Notes under the pieces: model-generated
Told to the model about the DNA's origin: nothing
The model's database searches: none
Seen by the model: only the letters and a program-made list of their open reading frames with translations
Shown here: positions 1 through 14,100 of the stretch, in pieces
Layout of the letters: every line of letters begins with the position of its first letter
Numbering within the stretch: the first letter of the stretch is position 1
Position numbers and translations under genes: made by a program
Assembly (NCBI GenBank): GCA_040954595.2
Contig: CM082582.2
Span: forward strand, 6,370,303 to 6,434,302
From: Balanoglossus misakiensis
Taxonomy: Eukaryota > Animalia > Hemichordata
Length of the DNA stretch: 64,000 nt
Direction of reading: 5' to 3'

Positions 1-1
1 A

Positions 2-880
2 CAAGACCCGACCGCCGTCGTCTATCGCTCCATCGGCCTCCTTCGCGCCGAAATGAAATGCTTGAGATTGCTATCGAAGATAGAAGGGTGGAAATATTAT
101 CTGAATTTGGCGGGCCAGGAATTCCCACTGCGCACAAACCTAGAGATTGTGAGAGCATTACATACACTCAACGGCAAGAACGATATCTTCAGCATACCTC
201 AAGTTCTTCCCTTTCGACAAGAATTTCTCCACGTTGCTGATAACGGGTTTTTAAACATGACAGGGGAGCGGCGCTCTTCGATACCACCGGCGAATCTGAC
301 GCTGTATTACGGGGAGGCTCACGCCATCCTCGGCAGGGAGTTCGTCAACTTTGTCCTCGAAGACGAAAGAGCCCGTATGTTGCTGACCTGGCTAGATGGG
401 ACGGACACCCCCGAGGAACACTTCTACTCGACTCTAAACAGGCTGCCGGACGCCCCCGGTGGGTGTGCGCACCACAGCCAGTCTATTGCGCGGGCGAAAC
501 TGTGGGAGGACGGAAAGAGCGAGGAGGGCAGAAACGTTCGCTGTCACAGTAAATACGTGCACGATATCTGCATCCTTACAACGGGGGATTTAACCTGGTT
601 GGTGCGCCAGCCGTTCTTCTTCGCCAACAAGTTCCACGTGATGCACGACCCGCTCGTGATAGACTGCCTGCAAGAGATCGTCGGATACAGGACGCTGAAT
701 CCGTTGTCCGTGGACATGAAACCGTACGGCGAATTCGGTTCCTCGAGGTCCATAGGTGATTGTCTGAACACGGCCATTGCTTTCAGACCGAAGTCGCTTT
801 TTGAGATTTCTCGCTGCGCCCTCGAGTACAGTTACAGCCACTTTCGTAACACTGTAGAACAGATGATACAACACACATAA
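2..880 (+). CDS. Core-2/I-branching beta-1,6-N-acetylglucosaminyltransferase (GT14, GCNT-like), 5'-truncated terminal exon
   Basis: Frame is open from position 2 (QDPTAVVYRSIGLLRAEMKCL...). GT14 motifs WKYYLNLAGQEFPLRTNLEIV, PEEHFYSTLNRLPDAPGG, C..KYVHDICI and FFANKF are present. Stop at 878-880, AATAAA at 1155-1160. The specific GCNT paralog cannot be assigned. Confidence 0.9.
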   Translation, partial: QDPTAVVYRSIGLLRAEMKCLRLLSKIEGWKYYLNLAGQEFPLRTNLEIVRALHTLNGKNDIFSIPQVLPFRQEFLHVADNGFLNMTGERRSSIPPANLTLYYGEAHAILGREFVNFVLEDERARMLLTWLDGTDTPEEHFYSTLNRLPDAPGGCAHHSQSIARAKLWEDGKSEEGRNVRCHSKYVHDICILTTGDLTWLVRQPFFFANKFHVMHDPLVIDCLQEIVGYRTLNPLSVDMKPYGEFGSSRSIGDCLNTAIAFRPKSLFEISRCALEYSYSHFRNTVEQMIQHT

Positions 881-1435
881 CAGTAAGCAGAAGGTTGTTC
901 ACTTTTGTTGGTTCACACAGAGCGATGTCATTTTTTGTCTTGCGTAAACAGGCTTGAGTTCATGATTAGAAATTTCAAGGAGCTTGTGGGAACCAACGTG
1001 TTCACAAAGCATGCTTATATCCTTGAACATACTATGATGACAATTTTTCTGTGGTGCTTCGTCCATTTTTGCCAGATTGACGTGTTTTTCTTAAAACACG
1101 TTTTCGCTGCCTCCACATTAACTTACATGTACGCCTGTATATAGATATTCAAAAAATAAACTACTGTCGACAGTAATAACGTTTGGTGTCACTTTATATG
1201 CTCGTATTAACTCAGTAGTAATCAGTCTTTCCAAAATTAGAGACGTCGATACATTAAAATAATATTTCCAAGATTAGCCCAATCGTCGATCAGTTGACGC
1301 CATCATAAACATAATGCATTTTGCAAGCTAAACGATGGCCAGAGTACTTACTAGTATCTTCCATTTCCCACAATGCTTCACGTTGAAGCGAATGCGCCAG
1401 AAGAATCTTTCTGACATGCGCAAATTACCGAACGC

Positions 1436-1467
1436 TGATTGGTTAGAAGTTGAATCATGTGACGTCA
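1436..1467 (+). promoter_or_regulatory. Putative promoter elements of the orphan gene: reverse CCAAT box (CTGATTGG) and CRE (TGACGTCA)
   Basis: CTGATTGG at 1436-1443 and palindromic TGACGTCA at 1460-1467, about 170 bp upstream of the ATG at 1631. Short motifs only. Confidence 0.35.
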
Positions 1468-1630
1468 TTTCTGCGTTCATTGCGAAGCGCACAAAGAATG
1501 TTTGGTTACCCACGCTACCAAAGTTCTATTATTCTGTGCCAAGCGATCGAAGCCGATTACTGTGAGCGAAGAAATATAGCTTACTTTCGGGTTATTTTTA
1601 GTTGAATTCACCAATCAAAGTTTGACGACA

Positions 1631-2439
1631 ATGGGAAACAGGCATTCTAACAAGTCTCTTGATAGCACCAAGATCGATAGTTGGTAGGTCTCTTTAGATT
1701 TTGTCTATTTTTTCATTATTTAGAGTTACATATATTTGGCCCCGCTAGAACGATTTAGGCCTATAGTTCTGTATAAAACAAGCATTGATATTACAGCTGT
1801 ATGTGTTACGGGTTTATTTCCAGTGATGGACGCAGTGGAGAAGTGAAAAACCCAACAGAAGAGTTAATCCAAACATGGGAGACATTTTCTCAACAAGTGA
1901 AGGCCACGCGTGCCAAGAAAACGCGCCGATCTGTTTTCAGGAGACGCAAAGCCAAGGCCGATAAATGCACTCCCTCCCAGGATGAATCGGGTGACGACAT
2001 GGAGAAGATGAAGAGATGCTTACAGATGCTAATCGATGAAAATGTGCAACTGAAGAAAGAAAAGAAAGAAGCAAAAAATGTCAGCTTCTTAATGGGCGAA
2101 AACAAGATGCTTAACAATACGATTGAGAAGTTGAAGGCAGAACTGTCTGAAACTGTCGCGCCTGAGACACAGGTACAAGGTCGGGGTCGATCGACACCGA
2201 AGGCCACACCTACTGTCAGCAGTAGCGACGACGCCAAGGAATTGACGGAAAATAACGACAGACTTAAAAACATGCTGTTCTCCTTGAAGAGAAGTTACGC
2301 CAGACAAAACAGGAAACTGACAGCCACAATGAGAGAATGCGATGAACTGAGACAACAGAGTCAAAATGGAAAAGTGTGTAACGAGAGAAGAAGCGAGTTG
2401 AGAGCCATGTTTGACGGACTTGTGTCAAAGAATCAATGA
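1631..2439 (+). CDS. Uncharacterised two-exon coiled-coil protein (about 222 aa) with N-terminal MGxxxS myristoylation motif
   Basis: Exon 1 1631-1683 (MGNRHSNKSLDSTKIDS, donor GTAGGT) splices in frame (TG|T = Cys) to exon 2 1824-2439 (acceptor TTCCAG). Basic stretch KKTRRSVFRRRK and heptad-like segments LIDENVQLKKE and LTENNDRLKNML. Confidence 0.7.
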
Positions 2440-4334
2440 TCTTGGAAGTTTATCATTTTAATTTAATTAGTAGTCTGTTCAATGGTAACACGTGACAACC
2501 TTTTTATATTGCAATGTTAAAGACGGGGAATTGAGAGACTCCGTCCTAGATGTCACGTTTCGTGTTTTTTTCTATGGTCTACTTTCTGCATTCGGCATAT
2601 AGACTTTTTTTTTACTTTTTATATAAATAAATGTTTTTCTGTAAATTTAGGCCTAGTTGTCAATTGTCTAGTATTGTTTATTTCTTCACTAAGCTTACAT
2701 TTCTTTCGACTATTTATGACAAGTGCAATTTCCTGAACAATTATGTTCTCCAGATTGAAAACGACGATTTTCCCTTGGTGACACAAGAGGGCGCCAGTCA
2801 TTCAGCACTGTACTGCTGAACAGATTTAGTCCTAAAATAATTTAAAAACATAAGAAATCACACAAAATAGGCAGTAGTTGGTTACTAATTTTACTTTTAT
2901 AATTCCTCAATCCAGCGAGTATTAAAACTACAATGCAGACATGCAGCTCAGGTTTAACAATGCATCTTCAGTGAAGAATCTTTGAAGCCTAAAGCTTGTA
3001 ATTTAAATAATCTGAAACTCCCAGCATTGTAATTTTTATAATGTGAGTCCCTAACATCTAGATATCCAGGATGTGAAGTCGTCACAACAGTAATCTTGAA
3101 CCCTGAATCTCTTGTATATCATGTTATGTAGAAGATAGCAGTCTATGCAACAGTTACTAGTACTCAGAGATGTGAGTTCTAATCTAGAATTTGAATATAG
3201 AAGCAGAATCTACAGACAAGTCCATGCGGGCTCAGTATCTGGAAGAGCAGAGAAATTCGTAACCGTCGGATACGCAACTAGACATTTGAAATCTCAACCC
3301 ACTTGCTGCAACGCATACCAAAGGTTGGAGGAAGAAATAGCTTGCAACATGATTATGACGTCACAAAAGGCTTTCGACATCACAGCTAAAAATGTAGCAT
3401 ATATGTTGATGTCGACAAAATATTACAAAGCACAGTATATTCTATTACCATTATAACGTTGTCCATTGTGTCTATGTTCTACACGTACACGATACAATTT
3501 AAATGTTGACAAAAAATTACTGACAGACGATGAGGAACCCATCAAGAGCGTTGTGAGATTCAAGAATGACAATTTTTCATGAATGACAAAAAGTGGAATG
3601 CGATACGATGTAGTATTTCCCAATTTCAGGGATTCCATCTTTCTGAAATTAAATCTCTGGTAATCTTTTTTTCTGTGTACATTCTAACAGATGTCTGCAG
3701 TAGCAGAATTGTTTTTTGGGAGATAGACATAAAAAATGACCATCAAATACTCACAGGTCAAAGGATTATGAACTGAAAAGACACATGTAATAAAATTTGG
3801 TATATTACAAATTCCAAATTTTGTAATCTTCGATATCAAAATTTGCAGCTTGCATGTGTAGTTACACCCCCTTGGAGTCTCTCAAGTTCATAAAAAGAAT
3901 GAAATCACAACTTATGTGATTATGAAGTGAAATGAGGTGAAATGGGAGTAGTTCTCACTTCAGCAATGTCATAGGGTTCCTGGTACATCTCAGTTATTTA
4001 AAAAGACAATAATTTGCTTACGATAAAGTTACAGTACAAATTCTCTCAAATTTTCATAAAATTATAACAAATGTGCGGCATTAACAGCCATGTAAAATCA
4101 CCTCGACTATTAAAACTACCAAAAACGACTTCAATACTCAAAATTTGAATTACACATGTCCACCTTGAGGTAAAAAACGATGATTATAAACAGCCCGTAC
4201 ATGTCTATGAGGAACTTCGCTGGAATTATTATATCGGGTACTTATATATCTAACAAGAAATTCTTCAGCAATTTTTGCCCATACACAGATACTCTGAAAC
4301 CTTAATAACATCAGCCTGTCATTTGAAGGTTTGA

Positions 4335-4420
4335 CCCCTTCACCCCCGGGTTCTCGGTATAGCGGTCCAACATTACCATAGGAAACAATGGGTTTGGACT
4401 GAACCATGGTGGCGAAAGGG
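4335..4420 (+). mobile_element. About 85-bp piggyBac-type MITE-like repeat, copy 1
   Basis: CCCCTTCACC...GGTGGCGAAAGGG termini, shared core GGTCCAA..CCATAG.AAACAATGGGTTTGGA...ACCATGGTGG, flanks are degenerate TTAA. Confidence 0.6.
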
Positions 4421-7400
4421 TAGACTGAACTAGTGTTCTGACATATAACACAGCAGGATTATGCACTGCAGCTGGGATACCAATGGCACATGAAAAATAT
4501 AGCAAGTAGCAATTAAACTGTGCTAACTTGAAAACATCTTCATGTGCCGAAATGACCTGAGATGCATCAAATCTGATTGTTTGGGAGGTTTCATTCTTTG
4601 TGCCGGTACTGTTTTGTACTTATCACAAATCTTCTCAATATAGGTGTTTGACCCTTTAAATTGGACCCATTCCCCCCTATATGCACTGTAGACGAGTCCA
4701 ATCGGGGTGGAACCAAAGTCTGGTGATCACAGGCTAATAAAAAACTGTGCATGTTAACTTTTCAGGTAGACTTGACACAGTACTGAGTTGAAACGAACAG
4801 AATATTAATCAATGAATAAAAAAAGAAAATCATTTTTCACGAGAAAAAAATTACAAATTATTTTGAGTTGATATTAAAGGGCACTGATTATCTTGTCTCT
4901 ATCTTATATAATACCAGATTTCTATCCCTGCATCACGCGCCTGTTTTTCCTCAACTGACATGACGAATTCATGGTCCATCATACCACCGCGCCGCAGCAG
5001 ACAAACTCGTGCTGCACCTCAGTGAATCCGGACCCCAATTCACCCACACAGATGTTCTTTCCTCTTGATTCTAACATTAATTAAAACTGAATCACGACTG
5101 GGTTTTTTTAAAGTGGCAACACTGTTACTAATGACTATGCTTTCAAAACAGGAGTACGGTACTTTAAAAAAAAAAAGTGAACAAAGACTTGGAATACAAA
5201 ATTATCTGTCAGGAGCCAAGTTGCCATATTTGGTTATTTTAACTTAACCAAACAAACTGTAATATGAAATAAAATTATTTGCGCCGCTTTCAAAATATGG
5301 CAACAGGGCTACTCCAACAAACTCATCCATCAAGCAGCTCGGGTCAAAGGTCACATCACAAAATTTGAATACACACACTGACAGCATAGGACACTGTACA
5401 AACAACTATTCGCACTTCCATATTAAAATGACGCAGGGAAGATCTCGCTGCACACAGTAGAAAATATGCAAATCACGAAAATTACAAAAAAAATTACACA
5501 TTTATCTGAGAAATGGTCATCTGTGCGACAGTATAAAGACATAACTGTCTCCAGAAAATTGCGTAAGCTTCGATTATCACTGCACAGTATTGTATTGATC
5601 AAGTTTTAACGTCTTCATTCGTGAAAGCGTCTGGCGTTATTTTTATTCTTTTCGAATGCTGAAGTTTATTGGTCTTTGTCAATGCGTACAAAAATAAAAC
5701 ATCGACCAACCTCTGCTATATCTCTACTTTTTCTTAGTAGTAACACACTGCCATCAGTCAAGCATTTATCTCGAGCTGTCAGTACGATTGTATGTGACCC
5801 ACCCACACACACACACACACGTCACCTGTGCGTCAACTTAGAAGTATTTCATTGCCAGGACTATGTACACTGTACCCGTGTACCAAGTTCTGCAGCCTCA
5901 TAGTCAATTGAATTTTGAATACCACAAGTCATACACGTGAATGTTTGCAAAAAATAATGTGTTCTATAGCTAGCTAAATGTAAAGAATAATTTTGTTTTT
6001 CTTTCGCAAAGTGACAGCAGTTGTGAGATTTAAAAAAACAAGTCATACCATGACCTGCACACTTTCTGTGGTGTAAACTTTCTTTTTAGTGAACCTGTGG
6101 GTTGTTTTTTTCTGCAGAAATATTTCCTGGATGACTGTCATGCCTATTATTCTTATCTGAGTGTGTGAAGCAAAATTCAATGGGGTTGGTGAATTTTGAT
6201 CGCATCTACATGCGTGGCAACGTGTCTAATAAATCACACTATGAGTGACTTGAGTCTGCCACATTTCAATATTTGATCAAGAGGGATTGTCAAGTAGTCA
6301 AGATTGCAGTCACCTTGTCCCTTTCAAGCATGGTCACCTTTACTTCTAACCCTGCCTCAATGTTCGATACATTCCTCGAGAGGCAACTGCCCCACCTTCC
6401 ACTCCAAGAGCCTAACCTACATGACTGTTATACCAACACTCTTGACAGACAGTGTCAGAGACAAGTTTCAAAGGAAAGGTTTGTTTCGGCTTTCAAACAC
6501 ACGGCAAATTTCAAGAGGTTTCCATTTTTATCTTCCGCCCCTGCGGAAGTTTTAACACATCCATCACGTGAGTTCAGAGGGTAGGAATGTCAAATTAAAC
6601 CACACTGGTTGCTTTACATTTGTCACTGGGTTTTGTGCAGGTATGGTAGACCGCAGCAAATATGTGTACAGTCTACTCTCGAGCATAAAAAATTTCAAAT
6701 CAATTTGAATTATTTCTTTTCTGACGTGATGAATTTGTCACAAGATTCTAAACTTTGACTTTAAGTCCTGCTGTGGTCACAGGGTTTACCTTAACACCAT
6801 GCAGTGATCGATTGTCCTTAATTTCCCCCAAAGTCACAACACTGTCACCTTGCTGATTTAAAAGCTAACACTCGCACGCTTGGCCGACCGGTGAAGTTGT
6901 CTGCGACCAGCACAGAACTATAAATCTTCACAGGGGTCAAAATATAGTCATCTTTCGTCGTCTGCTGAGACAGCTCAGATCAGACTCCTGGGGGAAGTGG
7001 TTTTCAAAAGTGGTGCGCTGAAAGAGGGCAATGTTGCCAACATTTTCATTTTGGTTGTTTGTGTTTCCTTTGAGGAAATTTATTCTTTTCATCCAGCTTC
7101 CTGAATTTTTCTGTTTTCGAATAAAACCATCCAAGCCCCGCTGCATCAATCTGATTAAAATCAGATGCAGAATTGGCTCTGAATCTTTACTTTTGTTGGG
7201 TCTTTGCTGTTCTTGCACATTTCAGAAGAAGCAGCAAAATGAATAAATAATTCCTCATATGAAAACAGTAAACAACAACATGAAAAGATGCAACACTGCC
7301 CCAGCTGTATATACAAGGAGAGACTTGCTCATTACATATTCTGTGCAGTCGTAGTGATGAAACGGGTCATACGAAAAGAGTTGAACGTTTTAAAAACTCA

Positions 7401-8142
7401 GACTTTTGCGATCAGCTAAATACAATACAAAATATCAAACACAGAAAAAAAGTATTTTTCTAAGTATCAACATGGAATGAAAGAACTCTGTTGTATAAAA
7501 TAGTTCAGAAATCAGCCCCTTGTTAGTAAAATAATAGTACCATGTAGCACTTTGACATTGCTTTGAAGTCCCAAAGCTATAACCTACCAAAATAGCATGC
7601 TAGTACTATCAGTATAATTTGATTTTTACTTTGACTGTCAAAGTTTTGTTTCACTACGTTTTATCTGCCAAATTTGCAAATTTCATTTATCTTCAAGTCG
7701 AAGTGGTCGTATTTTCTTCCCCTTTCTCATAAATCACTTATTTTTACTAAAACACAACAGCATATAATGGACTAACAATACAGGAATTACAGAATCACCA
7801 AATCACAGACACGGGAGCTATCGAGATAATCTTTCTGGCAAGCTGGCGATACTCATCTTCATGCAATGTTGGTTGCTAGGTTACAGTTGTTGGGCTTCAA
7901 ACGCCGATGTCCGCACGCTTCTTGCTCCTCTCCATCAAATGAAGATGATCTCCACCAAAAATAAAAGAACGTCCATCCTCTAAAAGTCCAAAGTATGAAC
8001 CAAAATTTGTCTTCTGTCGTACCGCGCACAGACAATGTATCGCGGAGCAAAAGTTTCAGTGTCAAAACCATTTCTCTGGGGAAGAATTCGGCATCTCTTT
8101 AAAACACTTCGCAGTGTTTATTCTGTTCTGAGCAACGACCGC

Positions 8143-11100
8143 TTACAATTTGACCTCCACTTTGTGGATGTCCGCGGTCACGTTGAAATACAGCGAGTGC
8201 AGCCTCATCCGTTGCTGGCCGTACTCACAGTTGTTGAGGCCATCGCGCTGGTTTCTCTCTTTGGACTTCCACAACAAACTAAACCTGTTGGACGGACAAA
8301 GTAAAAAGCAACAAATTATATCTTCCTCCGTTGTAAAGACTTTACCCACTCACTGGTTCTTTGATCGTTTGAAAATAATTCCAACTGTTTCTTTCTTTGC
8401 AACTTTCTCTTTATGTATCTGTAAACTATATTATCATTCAATTGATGATGAAAGGATTTTGTTCTTCAGGAGCAAAGACGATGTCAAACCAAGCTTTCAA
8501 TCGGAATTTCTTTCCATGATACCAAAGCATTATCTCCGAAAAACATTTTACGCGACATTTTATTTTCAAGTTTTTGGGGCTCTCGCATATTTCGCGAAAA
8601 TTTACTGCTCGCGAAAATAACCCGTTTTACAGTATTTACAAATGATCCTGTCACATGGACGGACTGACTGACCAGACCTTCACTTACCTTCCAAGGTTCT
8701 GAGGAGTTCCCTTGTGGTGGTGCTGTATCGATTTGTAGTAGCCGCAGCTACCCACAGGTCTGGAGACGTAGTAGCCGGCGTAGGACACTCGGTTCCAGAG
8801 GTCATCGTCCTCTCCTCCCCATCCCCAGAAACTGTTTGAGAAGCCGTTGATTCTCTGCATCTGCTCCCGCGTGAGGCCGCTCACGCCTCCAAAGAATTCG
8901 TTGTACGGCAACCTACAGAAAAATAAACCAAAATTTTGTTCGGTCAAATTCTCCACATTTGATTATTGACACCCAGGCTGAACACACTATGGTATCAATA
9001 CAGTTACCTCCCTTGACTGCTGCCTCTTGGACGTTTCACCTCCTAATAAAATTCAGAGCATGAAATACTGTCGACAGGAATCAGACTTGGATACAGCGCC
9101 CTCAAGTGACATCCTCTCTGAACATCACACAAGATCAGTCAATTAATGTAATAAATTGCTGGATTGATTTTATTAAATCTCCATCAAGGTTAGAACTAAA
9201 CTAAGCCATTTTAGCAGGAGAGTAATGTGAAAAATCAATTAATACGATAACAAAGCTGCCAACCGTCTGCATAACTAAGCAACACATTAAATACAGCAAA
9301 AATAAAAATGGCACAAGCTCCATCTGGGGCCCTTCCTTACATCGTCTGTCTACCGATTTCTATTGACGCTTTTTGACCTGTATTCGTGCAAGATGGTAAA
9401 TCAAGACGCACATATTGCTTTAACCGTTCCTCATCAACCTACAGTGAGTGAAGAATCCTATTTTGATTAATCCTCTGTGCTGCAGTTTGACGGAAATACC
9501 TGGGAAAATTTATTGCGACTGTGTACAAGGGGTACCGTAAATCCTAAGAGCATTTGGCCCCTTTGAATTTCACCTCCTTGGCTGCTTTCGATCGTACAAA
9601 TTCTCTTCCCGTCCAAATTTTACCAATTCTAAAAACAGAATTGCACAGCCCAACTCCAGGAAATTGATGAAATGATATTTCTAAAATCTAAAAAAAGAAT
9701 AGTAGTTTTCTTATGTGTGAGAGGCCCATGTTGTATATTCAGGCTGTAAATATTTGTGTGCAATAAAAGACTAGAGGGTGCATAATTGATGGCGTACAGC
9801 AAGTAACAGAGAGGCAACAAGAGAGAGAGATTACAGGGTATTCTTGGAGTCCATAAATCTTTGTATGTCATCTGTTTTTGTTGTAACTTTGCAGTTTTTA
9901 GTGACGTACGATGTAGCGGGTTCCAGGGATACTGTTGGTCAATTGCCAGTATGTGTTTTTATTCATCACAAAGGCAATGCCGACTTTACACAGAACCCAA
10001 ACATCTGTGGCACTTCACACAAATAAGTACATGAACTGAGAAAGTACAGTAACATGATGTTTCTATATCTGAATGGCATGTGTACGGTATAATACCTGTA
10101 GGGAATCTATAGCTGCCCTAGTACATTGTCAGGGACCCGATCCCTGCCATTGTCTATCGATACGAATTAAGTCACCCACATCAGAAACCAAACACGCACC
10201 ATGAAAACACCAAAAAAATGAAACTACCAGCAATGTAATAATTCTACTTCAATATATATCCCTATGTGAGCAATATTTTATAACAGTATATGGTCTTTCT
10301 AGACAAAAGCCCCATTTACAAGAATCATTGATTTAGTCTCCCTGGCAAACAAACCTTTGAACGATTCAATAAAATTGGAACAATATATTTCACAAAATAT
10401 TTATGTCATTGTTGACAAGTGGGTGCCAAATTTAACAATTTTTTTTTAAAGCCATTGCTCAATTCTGTCAAAAGTCACTGCACTGACATGCCCTCTTGAT
10501 TAAATACTCAATGCCTCTTACGTGACGGTGTGCATGTTTTCGTGTATTTGTATGGAATATGTGCTACCCAGTTGCAACTTGCAAATTACATTGTACGTTT
10601 TCAGGCTACACGTACTACATGTAGGTTCCAGAATAAAACCTGTTTCTCCGTCGAGACCCTCCAGTATCCCTGATCAACAAATCCGCCTTTTCTATGACCT
10701 CTCATGGTGTTAGAAATCTTCTAGGGATTTTTTCCTAATTCGGTCTGAATTTCTGACAATTCATAATTGGCAATATAACAAGAAAACTTCCAAGGAATAC
10801 AGCAATTTTAAAAGGAAAGGTTCCCCCTAAGGAGTTCATTATTAAAAAACATTTTTTCGCAGGCAGACTTTCTCTACACAAATTGTTTGCTGAACTCTGA
10901 GACTTTAAGCGAAAGTGGATTATCCATTATCTATATGAAGTAAAGCAAGAGAGATAGATGGACTGGGGGTACTAACACTTATAATAGATAGCACAATTTA
11001 TTAATATATCAGAAACAGAATGTAATGCATAAGTGTTTCAGTAAAACCTGGGTGGTACAGTATGCATCATCGTTGTCAGAATAAATAACTTCCTACATAG

Positions 11101-14100
11101 TACATTTACATGCAGTAACCAAAATATTGTCAAACAGTAAAGACGTTGGCCATTAAGAAAGAGAAAGAAATAGAGTCACCATGAAAATGCACGTACACTA
11201 TTTATTGCACTGAATTATAGTGCGCAATTTGGAGGCAACGGTCAAAATACACTGTCTTCATTTGTTTCTACTGCCTTTCGGAAGGCAATGACGACAGTAT
11301 CATGAGTTATCTGAGGTCACACTTAAGGTCAATGCCACACCCTTCTGTAATGGCATGTCTTCTCTTCTGTCACTAGTGTCAGAGGAGAACAGATTCCGTC
11401 CGCTATTTTCACATTTTTTTTTTTAAATTGGGAACGTGACCTACATACTTTCCGCAGTCCCTCATAAAAATGCTTTATACATTAAAGTATCTCCGGAAGT
11501 CAATTTTTCTTCTCATATTTTGCTCAAGGCAATTTTAGATTGCCCGATACTCTCTCTCTGGGAATAAAAATTGGGGTCACGCTGCAAAATTGTCTGAAAT
11601 TTATATTCAAAAAGGAGAAAATTTAAAGTAGTAATTTTCGTGAAAACAAGATGGTGACCTTTGACCCTGTTTTCTTAAGAAAAAAGACTCTTCACCTAAT
11701 TTAATATAGCAACGAATTGAAAGGTTAATTGGACAATTATAATTTTTTTCTGAAAATTTGTCCCAGAGGTGCGTATTAACTAATATGCTGTGTCATGCAC
11801 GTGGGAGTAAGATGTGCTGGTTTGGTTCACCCTGCTACTGGAGTATAAACTCTTCATCTTCATCAGCAGGGCTGTTGTCATGGCCTGACCTCATTTCTGT
11901 AGGGCGTTGCCACAGTTCCCTTCATTGGCTTAAGAACAATTTTCAGCATTAGGGTATGTGCTATCACGTGACTGTAACAGTAACTTTATACATGTACTGG
12001 TGCATCACATAGTCATCGACAGTAATCAACATTCACATGTAAGGTCATTTCTGAGAGATTTATGGTCACTATCAGTAGCTTTACAAGTATCTCATTCCCC
12101 CCTCTGTCTCAAGGTTGGACGATAGCCGTCCATGCAACCATACTCAGTTCCAGATTCCAACTCACCATCAGTATACAATCATTTTCGTAATATCCCACAT
12201 CTCTTGTGTTAAATGTACCTCTACTTCGCAACAGACAAATTATGTAAACTGTTTATAAATTGGCCAAACAGAATGAGATAAAGCTTCATAAATATTAGGT
12301 TAAAGAAATGAAGGAAATTTAACATTCCTGCATTCCTGAGTATGGGTGGATAGCTCAGACTGTGTTCCATGAGTCTGAAAAAAATTGTCTGTTAATTGTT
12401 AGTCCATCATTTTATTTTATTTGGTGCAGGAAACATTAATCCCCTCCCCAATCGTTTTGTCTATCCCTTTGTAACAAATTACACCTCCCCACTTCATTTA
12501 CTCCCTGGGTTCAAACCTAGGAAACTGGGAGGGGAGGGGGTGCTGAAATAAATGTTGCAGTTGAATCTGTATAGGGCCCTTAAAAGCCATGGAATTCTCA
12601 AATAGGGTTGAAAAATCCTTGAAAATTACGTAGCCATGTCATCATTGCACAACACTCCAGACTGTTTAATTGCTGTCCTTGCATGCTGACTGACTCCAAG
12701 CAAAGTCTCGGAATTTTAAGTGACTCATAAACAATACGTACAGGCCATCACAGATTGCATTATTGATAGCTGACTGTTGTCGCATGTACCAGTGATAACA
12801 GAGAAGATGCAGAGGGAAAATATGCATGGACACACCCTAAACAAAACTCACTGAATCTAAAAAAGATGGGACATACCGGTATCCGTATTTGTCCAAACCC
12901 CTGACGAAATGCCGGGGCATTGTCCCGCAACCGTAATAGTTTCTATCATTTTCCGGGATATGGTCCACATCGTGGAAGAGGAAGCAGTCCCACTGCTGAT
13001 ACTTGAGAGACTCTAGGAAGCCCACATTGAACAACATTGCTCGGTTAAAACTCTCTTGATTTGTCTGCATTGAATGAAAATAGAAGAATTAATAGCCCTT
13101 TCATCCCTGTTTCACTTCCTAGAGGTCCAATTTACCATAGAAAGCAATGGATTTGGAACAAACCATGGTAGTGAAGGGGTTATTAATAGAATAGGATGAA
13201 CAAACTGTGACATTTTCTTTCAGTTTTCATCATTTAAATATCGCATTACAGATAAATGAGAACAAAAGAAACGTCTTTAAAATTTAATATTACACATTTA
13301 CAATGTTATCTCTGTCAAAATTGTAAAGAAGTTCTATGGAAATCTGAATGAATGCCATGGATATATTCTCAACATCCAATTATTACTGACATTCAACATT
13401 TATAGGGACGTTGAATAGACTATGTGCTTACCTGCTCCACTATGAACACTGCAAATTCCAACCTCTGTCTCATTAGCATGGGAATAAGGTGCTTTAATAA
13501 AATGGGCAAATGCTCGTAGCGTTCCCTGAACGGAACAATAATGGCCACCTGTGAAGGAGATATTCCAAAATCAGCTTTCAAGAGGAATTTTTGCAGATTC
13601 AGTGATCACACAATTAGTTTGAAAAGTCTTCTCAGACCGGAAACTGATGTACATGAAAAGATGAGAGCAGTAGTGTGTTGCTATGGTGATAGTCTTTCAA
13701 AATGGGACACCGCGAGTTTTTGACGTCTGACCTGCAGCACGAGAGTCCACTTTCACACACCTGCAAAGACTAAATGATGACTTAATGCGGTGTATAGAGA
13801 TTTAATTTTGAATAAGAAATAATTGGCATGTCTTTTTAACAAGACTCTTTTCGCTGTCATATTACATTTAAAGTCAATAACTTGGAAATATCATTTGCAG
13901 TCTGACATGAATTTGCAATTTGCTCGTTAGCAGCAAAACCCACCCTTGGGTAATCAGCAACGATGGTTTTTCAAATTATTCAAATCGTTTCACGTTTCCA
14001 AGCAAGTAAAATATATTACTTTTATCCAACCATGTAATACATTATGGCTGCACAGCCTGGCTCAGTACAGTCAGTGGCTTCACTTTTTTTCACATTTCAC

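Noticed and set aside
8150-8620. 156-aa plus-strand ORF overlapping the last B4GALT exon
   Set aside because: Antisense to a real exon, partly repeat-derived, no recognisable motifs.
8880-8912. Possibility that the GT7 gene is an invertebrate beta-1,4-GalNAc transferase
   Set aside because: The donor-specificity position is aromatic (LPYNEFFGGV), as in B4GALT5/6, not the Ile/Leu typical of GalNAc transferases.
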